Below are positions 18,588 through 26,791 of a stretch of 64,000 nt of DNA, in pieces. The notes beneath the pieces were generated by a model. That model ran no database searches, was not told the origin of the DNA, and worked only from the letters and a program-made list of their open reading frames with translations. The DNA comes from Chitinophagaceae bacterium (GTDB lineage Bacteria; Bacteroidota; Bacteroidia; Chitinophagales; REEL01): positions 121 through 64,120 of the forward strand of contig REEL01000093.1 of the NCBI GenBank assembly GCA_007695095.1. The letters are read 5' to 3'. A program made the position numbers and the translations under genes. Within the stretch, counting starts at the first letter, position 1; each line of letters opens with the position of its first letter.

Positions 18588-19424
18588 ATGGAGCTACATG
18601 TAATATCAGCAGGTTTTTTTAAGCTTGATGGTGGTGCCATGTTTGGGGTTGTCCCTAAATCTTTATGGTCTCGTTTTTATGAAGCTGATGAAAAAAATCT
18701 TTGTACGTGGGCAATGCGCTCCCTGCTAATCAAATCTGATGATAGGGTAATACTTATAGATACTGGACTCGGAGATAAGCAGTCTGAAAAGTTTTTTGGT
18801 CATTATCATCCTCATGGACCGCGTTTGGAGCAATCACTTCAGGAAAAAGGCTTTCATCCGGACGATATAACAGACGTAATCTTAACGCACTTACACTTTG
18901 ACCACGTCGGTGGTGCAGTGATTAAAAATGAAGACGGAGAGCTTAAGGCAGCTTTTAAAAATGCGACTTACTGGTCACATTCAGCTCATTGGGAATGGGC
19001 TTCAAATCCAAACGACCGGGAAAAAGCTTCGTTTCTGAAAGAAAATTTTCAGCCTTTACAGGATGCCGGAATGTTAAAATTCGTAGATAAAGAAACTACA
19101 TTTTTGCCCGGATTAACTTATGAACTGGCACATGGTCACACAGAATCTATGATTATTCCAATTATAAGTTATAAAAATAAAACAATAGCCTATATGGCAG
19201 ATTTGATACCTTCTCCGGTGCACGTTCCGTTGCCTTATGTGATGGGCTATGATGTACGTCCATTGGAAACTATGAAGGAGAAAGCAGCCTTTTTAAAAAA
19301 TGCCTTTGAAAAGAACTACATACTGTTTTTTGAGCACGATAAAGATATTGAATGTTGCGACCTTAAAGAAACAGAGAAAGGCTATCGTGTTAATAGAACA
19401 TTTGAATTGAAAGAAATTTTATAA
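18588..19424 (+). CDS. MBL-fold metallo-hydrolase
   Basis: 'ILTHLHFDHVGG' (HxHxDH) plus the downstream His/Asp ligands 'AHGHTESM' and 'YMADL'. Confidence 0.85.
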   Translation: MELHVISAGFFKLDGGAMFGVVPKSLWSRFYEADEKNLCTWAMRSLLIKSDDRVILIDTGLGDKQSEKFFGHYHPHGPRLEQSLQEKGFHPDDITDVILTHLHFDHVGGAVIKNEDGELKAAFKNATYWSHSAHWEWASNPNDREKASFLKENFQPLQDAGMLKFVDKETTFLPGLTYELAHGHTESMIIPIISYKNKTIAYMADLIPSPVHVPLPYVMGYDVRPLETMKEKAAFLKNAFEKNYILFFEHDKDIECCDLKETEKGYRVNRTFELKEIL

Positions 19425-19460
19425 ATTTCGATATTGTACTTTCAAAACAATAAAAAATTA

Positions 19461-19468
19461 TATCTTTG
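19461..19468 (+). promoter_or_regulatory. TAnnTTTG -7 box for tRNA-Met
   Basis: TATCTTTG ends 13 nt before the tRNA 5' end at 19481. Confidence 0.45.
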
Positions 19469-19480
19469 CACTTCCAAAAT

Positions 19481-19554
19481 GGCGAGTTAGCTCAGGCGGT
19501 TAGAGCGCAGGATTCATAACCCTGAGGTCGGGGGTTCAACTCCCCCACTCGCTA
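19481..19554 (+). tRNA. tRNA-Met (anticodon CAT, elongator-type; a lysidine-modified tRNA-Ile2 is not excluded)
   Basis: Cloverleaf read by eye: acceptor GGCGAGT/ACTCGCT, D-arm GCTCAGGCGGTTAGAGC, anticodon stem-loop CAGGA-TTCATAA-CCCTG and T-arm GGGGG-TTCAACT-CCCCC. CCA is not encoded. Confidence 0.9.
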
Positions 19555-19813
19555 CTTTTTCTAAACCATGCAAACATTAGTTTATCACTAAAAATCACGC
19601 TTTGTATGTCCAATATCAACTACAACTTAATAGCAATTGTTAGAAAGAAAACATCAAATTTCCCTGCTTTTTTTCCGTGAAAGCTATTTATTGACTAATT
19701 TCATAAGCGCAAATCATAAAGTTAAACATCTGTAACTTTACATGCGTATACTAAAATGTATTGATACAGAGTTGAAATCATTTAAAATACTGTAGAGTGT
19801 TAAATTTTTAAGA

Positions 19814-21112
19814 ATGTCTGAAGGAAAGCTTTTTACTTATTTTAAAATCCTATTACTGTCTATCCCGGTAAGTGTTATTCTAATAATATTCTTAGCGGAT
19901 AGTTTTGTTAAAGAAGATAATGCAGAGGATGCTGTTTCAGAAGATGAGTTAGCTGCTGTGGAGGAGCCGGAAATACATTTATATTTTGGTTTTGACACTG
20001 CTGAAATGTTAGTTGAGCGGGATGTTGTAAGAAGAAATGAAAGTCTGGGCGTTATTTTAAATCGGAAAGGGGTATCTCATACAACCATTGCCCATATTGC
20101 CGAAGCTTCCGATACTATCTTCAATGTCAGGAGGATACGAGCCGGGCAACCTTATGTATTGCTTAAGTCGAAAGAAGATGAGAAGGTGCAGCATTTTATC
20201 TATGAGGTAAATAACACAGATTATGTAGTGTTTACTTTGGATGACGAAATAGCTGTTTACAGAGACCAAAAAGAAATTGAAACGATTAAACGTTTAGCTA
20301 CAGGTATCATAGAGTCTTCACTTTATCTGACATTATCCCGAAACAATCTTCCAACAATATTAGCCCATGAGCTTTCTTCTGTTTATGCATGGGCAATTGA
20401 TTTTCATCGTTTGCAAAGAGGTGACCGCTTTAAATTGGCCTTTATTGAAGAGCAAATCGATGGAAAAATTATTGGAATAGAAAGAATTGAATTTGCTGTT
20501 TTTTATCGGGGGAATACCCCTTTTTATGCTTTTTATTTTGAACAGGAAGGCTTGGGAGATTATTTTGATGAAAATGGTAACAGCTTACGTAAAGCTTTTT
20601 TAAAAGCTCCTTTACAATATTCCAGAATCAGCTCCGGCTATTCACAACGTAGATTTCATCCGGTACACAGAGTATACAGACCTCACCTGGGAGTAGATTA
20701 TGCAGCTCCGGAAGGAACACCTATAAAAAGCGTAGGGGATGGAGTCGTGGAAAGAGCTTCTTATACCAGCGGAAACGGAAATTATGTAAAAATTCGACAC
20801 AATAGTGTTTACAGCACTCAGTATTTACACATGAGTCGCTTTGCCTCCGGAATAAGAGCCGGAACGGTCGTTAAACAAGGTGACTTAATTGGTTATGTTG
20901 GTCAAACTGGCTTAGCTACCGGGCCTCACCTTTGTTTTCGCTTTTGGAAAAATGGAGTACAAGTAAATCCACTTACTGTAGAAGTGCCACCGGCAGAACC
21001 TATCATGGATGAATATAAATCAGTTTATTTTGAGATTATGGAAAAGAGAAGGAAAATACTCGATAAAACTGAGTTTCCGGATCAGCAGGAAGCTTTAACG
21101 GCTAAACTATAA
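19814..21112 (+). CDS. M23 family metallopeptidase (membrane-anchored)
   Basis: 'HLGVDYAAPEGTPI' and 'GQTGLATGPHLCFRFW' (HxxxD and HxH motifs), with an N-terminal TM. Confidence 0.85.
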   Translation: MSEGKLFTYFKILLLSIPVSVILIIFLADSFVKEDNAEDAVSEDELAAVEEPEIHLYFGFDTAEMLVERDVVRRNESLGVILNRKGVSHTTIAHIAEASDTIFNVRRIRAGQPYVLLKSKEDEKVQHFIYEVNNTDYVVFTLDDEIAVYRDQKEIETIKRLATGIIESSLYLTLSRNNLPTILAHELSSVYAWAIDFHRLQRGDRFKLAFIEEQIDGKIIGIERIEFAVFYRGNTPFYAFYFEQEGLGDYFDENGNSLRKAFLKAPLQYSRISSGYSQRRFHPVHRVYRPHLGVDYAAPEGTPIKSVGDGVVERASYTSGNGNYVKIRHNSVYSTQYLHMSRFASGIRAGTVVKQGDLIGYVGQTGLATGPHLCFRFWKNGVQVNPLTVEVPPAEPIMDEYKSVYFEIMEKRRKILDKTEFPDQQEALTAKL

Positions 21113-21116
21113 TCTC

Positions 21117-21455
21117 TTGAATCAAGAACAAAGAGAGAAGTTAATTGAAAGAGTTGAAAAAAAAATCCTGTTTATTAAAGATGATTTAATAATGCTAAAA
21201 AAGGCATCTAAGCCTATCTCACCGGAAAATGCAATAGGTAGAGTAAGTAGAATGGATGCCATTCAAAATAAGGAAATTACAGAAGTTTCCATTAGAAATC
21301 TGGAAGCAAACCTTTCCAACCTTGAGAAATTAATTGAACTTAAAGACAGCGATAAGTTGGGATTGTGTTTAAAATGCGGCAGTGAAATTGAATTTAAAAG
21401 GCTCTTTGGATTTCCTGAAAGCCCCTACTGCATGAAATGCTCCAATAAGAGCTAA
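21117..21455 (+). CDS. DksA/TraR-family C4 zinc-finger protein
   Basis: Coiled N-terminal half, 'IGRVSRMDAIQ', and a C-terminal 'CLKCGSEI...PYCMKCS' four-Cys finger. The start codon is TTG, so the start is uncertain. Confidence 0.7.
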   Translation: MNQEQREKLIERVEKKILFIKDDLIMLKKASKPISPENAIGRVSRMDAIQNKEITEVSIRNLEANLSNLEKLIELKDSDKLGLCLKCGSEIEFKRLFGFPESPYCMKCSNKS

Positions 21456-21738
21456 TCAATTTTCAGAAAAATTTGCTTAAAATCCTCTTCTCAAGCAAAT
21501 GCTCATTGTTTTCCCCTTTATTATTGTGCTAAAATCTTCAAGTTAGCTTTATCTATACACTTTTGCAATACTTTGTGCTTATCGTAAAACACAGCTATAA
21601 AAGCTCTTACAATTATTATTAAATATAAGTAAATTGTATTTAACTAAAATTAAAGCTATAATAAATAGTTAAAAATATATTATTTTTCGTAAGTTCGTCA
21701 CGGTTAAAAATTTTTAAAAGATTTTAAATTAATTGAAA

Positions 21739-22323
21739 ATGAATAAATTATGCATAAAAGGGATTTGTGTTTTGCTGCTATCTATTCCTATTTTATTAAA
21801 TGTAGGATGCAGCAAGGATGATGATGATAAAAATGGGGGGAAAGTATACACCTTAGGTGAAACCGGACCTGCAGGAGGAATTGTATTTTATGTAAACCCT
21901 GCCGGAGGAGGTTTGGAAGCAGCACCTGCAGGTTGGACTGTTACAGGTAATGATCCTTCAGCAAGTTGGGGATGTGTAGATTTAGATGTGGAAGGTACGA
22001 GTGAAGAAATAGGAAGTGGAATGGCCAATACTCAGTTGATTGTTAATGCATGTAATACAGAAAATATCGCTGCAAAAATTGCAAATAATCTGGTGCATAA
22101 TGGATTTGATGATTGGTATTTACCATCTATAGAAGAATTAATGCTATTGTATCAAAATAGTGAATTAGTAGTCGATTTAAGCCCATCCTGGTATTGGAGT
22201 TCCAGTCAAACGTCTCCTACATCTGCTTGGGCAAGGCACTTTGGTATCGGTATGCCGGCTGAAGGTCGCAATAAAGTCACGGCTTCAAATGTAAGAGTCA
22301 GACCGATTAGAACAATTAATTAG
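21739..22323 (+). CDS. DUF1566 (Lcl C-terminal-like) lipoprotein
   Basis: ATG 21739 gives 'MNKLCIKGICVLLLSIPILLNVGCSKDD', a lipobox. 'DDWYLPSIEELMLLY...WYWSSS...VRVRPIR' is the DUF1566 signature. Confidence 0.7.
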   Translation: MNKLCIKGICVLLLSIPILLNVGCSKDDDDKNGGKVYTLGETGPAGGIVFYVNPAGGGLEAAPAGWTVTGNDPSASWGCVDLDVEGTSEEIGSGMANTQLIVNACNTENIAAKIANNLVHNGFDDWYLPSIEELMLLYQNSELVVDLSPSWYWSSSQTSPTSAWARHFGIGMPAEGRNKVTASNVRVRPIRTIN

Positions 22324-22376
22324 TCTATTTAATTAGATTGTTTTCAGTTTTTTGCTTTTGTAAATAGTGCTGAATT

Positions 22377-23600
22377 TTAATCTAAAACTATTATTGGTTG
22401 ACGAAAAGTTTTTTGGGGATGCTCGATGACTAATAAATATTTACCGGGAGATATTTTGCCATGTAGATTAAGCATAAACCGGTGATCTTCCAAGGGTCTT
22501 TGATAAATAACAGCAGCTTTTAAGTCATAAATAACAAGATTTGTATTGTTCAGGTCTAATTGTTCGTCAAGTTGAATATTGACAAATCCGGCCGAAGGGT
22601 TTGGGTAAGTCAGGATATTACTTAATTCCGGTTTGGATATTTCGGTAGTAGATGTAGCACATTGTATAAAATTATCATTCCCAAAATAATGGACTTCCAG
22701 GTATTGAACAAGACCTTCCGTTAAAGCCCCTGCAAATGCCTGTCGATTTTCATGAGAATCTCTTACACCGGTCATATTGCACTCAAGCTGAATGCCGTCA
22801 ATTTTTCCTCCATCTGAAGACCCATGTATCTTAGTATTATATCCTCCACTGAAATACAGCTCCCCAAAAGAAGGATGAGGATCCTGTGGACTTGGGACAG
22901 ATGCATACTGACGGTTTTTCATCATTGCTCCAAAAGAAAAATCACCTCTTAACAATTCGCTATGAGTGTAACTATTCAGATTATCTCCGACCAGTTTTTT
23001 AATACTGCTGTAATTGACTATTGCCGGTTGATTTAGTTGATTGTCAGAGAAAGCCAGGGTTGTACCGAGCAGCATATAGCCTAATTCAAGTCGTTGATTC
23101 CAGTGCCCGTGTCCATGCAAATCTATAAAAAGACCCCTGTCAAAATCTTGTTCAACAATCGATTTTGCTTCATCTATAAAATAATGAAAAGCTTGCCAGG
23201 CATGCTCAGCTTCCGTATTTCCACAGGCAGCATCTTCAAAATTTCGGTTTGCATCTAATTTTCTTCTGTCCAAATGATTTATTATCATATGCGGTCGGCA
23301 ACCGTATTGTATTTCAAAAACACTATCAATTAACTGACCGAGTTCAAGTGTATAAGCATCTCTTACATACACCGGGCTATTACAGGTTCTATCAGGTATC
23401 GACTCAGGATTTTCATAACCGCCATGCGGCACAGCTATTATTAAAGGCATATTTCCTGCTCTGTACTCAATATAATCATGATCGGAAAAATAGACCTCTC
23501 CCGGCTGATAAGATTGCGCAGAAATTGTGCCGCAAACCATTGTTAAAACAGTCAATAAAAGTAATTTTTTAAGAAAATGATGCTGAAACAGAAAATCCAT
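22377..23600 (-). CDS. Secreted N-formylglutamate-amidohydrolase-fold protein with T9SS type A CTD
   Basis: 'LIIAVPHGGYENPESIPDR', 'RRKLDANRN' and 'FIDLHGHGH' resemble the FGase zinc-hydrolase family. The C-terminus is 'LTYPNPSAGFVNIQL...GKYLLVIE...IIVLD'. Confidence 0.6.
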   Translation of the reverse strand: MDFLFQHHFLKKLLLLTVLTMVCGTISAQSYQPGEVYFSDHDYIEYRAGNMPLIIAVPHGGYENPESIPDRTCNSPVYVRDAYTLELGQLIDSVFEIQYGCRPHMIINHLDRRKLDANRNFEDAACGNTEAEHAWQAFHYFIDEAKSIVEQDFDRGLFIDLHGHGHWNQRLELGYMLLGTTLAFSDNQLNQPAIVNYSSIKKLVGDNLNSYTHSELLRGDFSFGAMMKNRQYASVPSPQDPHPSFGELYFSGGYNTKIHGSSDGGKIDGIQLECNMTGVRDSHENRQAFAGALTEGLVQYLEVHYFGNDNFIQCATSTTEISKPELSNILTYPNPSAGFVNIQLDEQLDLNNTNLVIYDLKAAVIYQRPLEDHRFMLNLHGKISPGKYLLVIEHPQKTFRQPIIVLD

Positions 23601-23669
23601 AAGTGGTTTTTAAAAATTCTTGTTACAATTATAATGTATAAATAAAATAAAAAAGGTGGAGGAGGAGAA

Positions 23670-25724
23670 TTACAAAAAAACAGATTTTTCTTTTACGTAA
23701 GTTAAAACAAGGCTGTGCATCGCTCTTGTACAAGCTATATAAAGCATACTTTTGTCTACTACTGAATTGTAGTTTTTAGCTGTTACACTTGGAACCAAAA
23801 CTCTGTCAAACTCAAGTCCTTTAGATAAATGAGCGCTACTTATAGTTATCCCGAAATAAAATGTACTGCTTTTTTCTGTGATTAAATGAAGGTTATCCTC
23901 AAATTTTTCCAATTTTTTAAATAGGCTTTCCGCTTTTTTGTTTGTTTTACAGATGATACCCATAGAGCGGTGTTCAGATTTTTGAAACTCTTTTATCAAT
24001 GATAGAATTTTTTCTAATTCCGCTTCTTTAGTAGCAAATTTCAGAACCTGAGGTTTTTCTCCATGCCTTTCTATAGCTTCCAGATTTGAATTGGGTGAAA
24101 TCTTCTGTGCAAATTGAGAAATTTCAAAGCTTGAGCGGTAACTTTTATTGAGCATCACACTTTTACTACCGGAAAAAACTTTACTTATATCTTCCGAGTT
24201 TGTGGAGCTATAAGGATTGACTGACTGATTAGCATCGCCAAGAATGGTCATTTTGCAATTAAACAATTTTGCTATCAAAGCATACTGTACGGGAGTATAG
24301 TCTTGCATTTCATCTATCAAAAGATGTTTTACCTGACTATATGTTTTACTGCCTTCGAGATATATTTTCATAAAAATCAATGGAAAAACATCGGCATATT
24401 CAAGCCTCGAGTGTTTGGCAAGTTTAAACATATCCGGTTTCTCCATCCAGTCGTAAAAATCCTTATAAATTTTCCGCAGATTAGTGATTTTAAACATTGC
24501 AGAAACTTCTTTTCGGAGCTCGTTTCTTTCTTCTGTAGTGACTTCATATTTATAAAAGACTTTTACATTTTCTTCTATATCCGTCACTATTGCATCAAAG
24601 CGTTTAAGAATAGGGATTCGATGACGGGCTTTAAATCGTTCTTCAATAAACCATGCGGGAACAACATAATTTCTTCTAATCAGGATGTCTGTCGGTGTGA
24701 GATAGTTGTTTTCAATGTGTACGAGAAACTGATTGAGTTTATTAAGAAATTCAAATGAAGCTTTAAAGCGTATTCTTTCCGCAAAAGAGTCATCATTTTT
24801 ATCTAATAGCTGATTTACCTGTTCAAAAAAAGTCTCAAATTTATATTTATTTTTCAATAGTTCATTTGCCAGTTCCTCTATGCTTTTTTCAGGAAGGCTT
24901 TCTTCACCAAGTTCCGGCAAAACATTTGAAATATAATCTGCAAAAACTTTGTTTGGGGATAAAATTAAAAGGTCTTTTGATTCAAGACTTTCTTTAAATC
25001 TGTAAAGCAGGAAAGCCACTCTGTGAAGAGCAATTGAAGTTTTTCCTGAACCGGCTACCCCTTGTATAATTAGTACTCTGGAAACTTCATCGCGAATAAT
25101 CCTATTTTGATCACGCTGAATAGTAGCCACAATGTTTTTCATTTTTTCATCAGAAGCCTTACTGAGTTCTTCCTGCAATATATCATCATGTATATTAAAA
25201 GAAGTTTCCAGCATAAACTCCATCTTTTCGTTGCGGATGCGGTATTGTCTTTTGAGTAAAATTTCACCTCTAACAATACCTTCCGGAGAAAGATATTCAG
25301 CTTCACCCGGCTCATAATCATAAAACAAACCGGAAACCGGAGCCCGCCAGTCATGAATAAGGTTTTTATTCTTTTTTTCATCAAAATAAGAATGGAGTCC
25401 AATGTAGATTGAGTTGCTATCTGCTTGATTTTTCCTTTTAAAATCTACTCTGCCAAAATATGGAGAACTGACCAATTTCATTATTCGGGACTTTTTAGCT
25501 ACTACAGTATCCCCAACCATAGCTGATAAGTTTATGGATTGTCTGACAGAAACCTTTTCGACATGATCCATACCGGCTTTGTTTTCGTAGAGGAACTCCT
25601 TTTGTTTTTGTAACTCTTTGGCTCGGGTTTGGACATCTTCATTAATAGCAGTTAGAGCATCCTTCAGGCTTTGGATGATTTTTTTAAGATACAGGCGTTC
25701 ATCCTGCTCAGTTTTATTTTTCAT
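23670..25724 (-). CDS. helD: HelD-like (helicase IV class) UvrD-family ATPase, candidate RNA-polymerase recycling factor
   Basis: 'SPYFGRVDFKRKN...IYIGLHSYFDEKKNKNLIHDWRAPVSGLFYDYEPGEAEY...GEILLKRQY' closely parallels the B. subtilis HelD N-terminal region as I recall it. Walker A is 'IIQGVAGSGKTS', followed by 'LLIDEMQDY' and 'LYIACTRAMHSL'. The ATG at 25724 is preferred over the ORF-track start at 25826. Confidence 0.8.
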   Translation of the reverse strand: MKNKTEQDERLYLKKIIQSLKDALTAINEDVQTRAKELQKQKEFLYENKAGMDHVEKVSVRQSINLSAMVGDTVVAKKSRIMKLVSSPYFGRVDFKRKNQADSNSIYIGLHSYFDEKKNKNLIHDWRAPVSGLFYDYEPGEAEYLSPEGIVRGEILLKRQYRIRNEKMEFMLETSFNIHDDILQEELSKASDEKMKNIVATIQRDQNRIIRDEVSRVLIIQGVAGSGKTSIALHRVAFLLYRFKESLESKDLLILSPNKVFADYISNVLPELGEESLPEKSIEELANELLKNKYKFETFFEQVNQLLDKNDDSFAERIRFKASFEFLNKLNQFLVHIENNYLTPTDILIRRNYVVPAWFIEERFKARHRIPILKRFDAIVTDIEENVKVFYKYEVTTEERNELRKEVSAMFKITNLRKIYKDFYDWMEKPDMFKLAKHSRLEYADVFPLIFMKIYLEGSKTYSQVKHLLIDEMQDYTPVQYALIAKLFNCKMTILGDANQSVNPYSSTNSEDISKVFSGSKSVMLNKSYRSSFEISQFAQKISPNSNLEAIERHGEKPQVLKFATKEAELEKILSLIKEFQKSEHRSMGIICKTNKKAESLFKKLEKFEDNLHLITEKSSTFYFGITISSAHLSKGLEFDRVLVPSVTAKNYNSVVDKSMLYIACTRAMHSLVLTYVKEKSVFL

Positions 25725-25953
25725 AAGGAACGTTCGTGAAATCCTGTTTTTAAAAATTGAAAAACTTGCGACTTTAGCGTCTTTTTTAATATAGCTTATT
25801 GAATGCTTAAAAATACAAAAAATCAAAAACTAATCAAGCCGGAGATGCTTCTTGTTAAGTTTGAAATTCCCGCAATTAGCATAAAAGAGAAGAAGAATAA
25901 AACCGGAATATGGCTTTGCAAAGGATTATGACAACTTTATCTTACAAACAACC

Positions 25954-26604
25954 CTAAAACCGTTTTCCTACAGCTATGCCCGGTAATGTGTAATATAAAA
26001 CCCGGTGTGGACCTTTTTCTGTTTTTAGGTCTATTTGATAACGATAATTCCCATAAGTAGCGGCTTCAGGATAGTTATTCATGATTTCAAATATCGGTGG
26101 AGATAAATAGACTCTCAGTACAAAACCATTATCGCTTTGATAACGATAACCGGCTTCTAAAAATACCGGTATTGCAAATTGATTCTTAACATAGGTTTTT
26201 CCAATATCATATAAGCTAAAATAGTTGTAAGGCAAATGTATAGTTTTATAGTGCTCTACAAAACGCTCTAAAAAAACATACTTCGGCCGGAAAGAAATGC
26301 CCAATTCAAAAAAATGTGTTGAACCTATCAGTGTATTAAAATTGACCGGGATATTGATGTTTTCAGGTCCTACTCCTCTGAAAAATGTACCTCCTAAACC
26401 GGTTTCAACATTTAAATTGAAAATATTTTTGCTTAACAGAGATCTTTCATAAGTAAATGCAAAGTATGAAACAGTCGGTATTTTTATGAAAACAGCATTT
26501 TTAAAGTCTTGATCATTCTCTTGTCTGTCAGTTGCAAATAGCGACTTTTGTGGCAGAAAAAATGCCAATGTAATAGCGAAAAACAAGTTGATTAAATGCC
26601 GCAT
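25954..26604 (-). CDS. Hypothetical small outer-membrane beta-barrel protein
   Basis: Signal peptide 'MRHLINLFFAITLAFFLPQKSLFA', alternating strand-like pattern, and a C-terminal '...GIAVGKRF' ending in Phe. Confidence 0.5.
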   Translation of the reverse strand: MRHLINLFFAITLAFFLPQKSLFATDRQENDQDFKNAVFIKIPTVSYFAFTYERSLLSKNIFNLNVETGLGGTFFRGVGPENINIPVNFNTLIGSTHFFELGISFRPKYVFLERFVEHYKTIHLPYNYFSLYDIGKTYVKNQFAIPVFLEAGYRYQSDNGFVLRVYLSPPIFEIMNNYPEAATYGNYRYQIDLKTEKGPHRVLYYTLPGIAVGKRF

Positions 26605-26791
26605 AATATTTTATTATCATATCCGGCAACTAATTTAAGTATATTTTTTATATATGAATGCAAAATAATAGCAAAATATAAAATATTTAATATAGCTAAT
26701 GCAAAGAGACGGTTAAGCAATGAAGTAATCTCCTTACCTTATAGAGGTTTTAGCTTCAATGAGATAATTTTGCAATTAAACTTCAGCTTCT

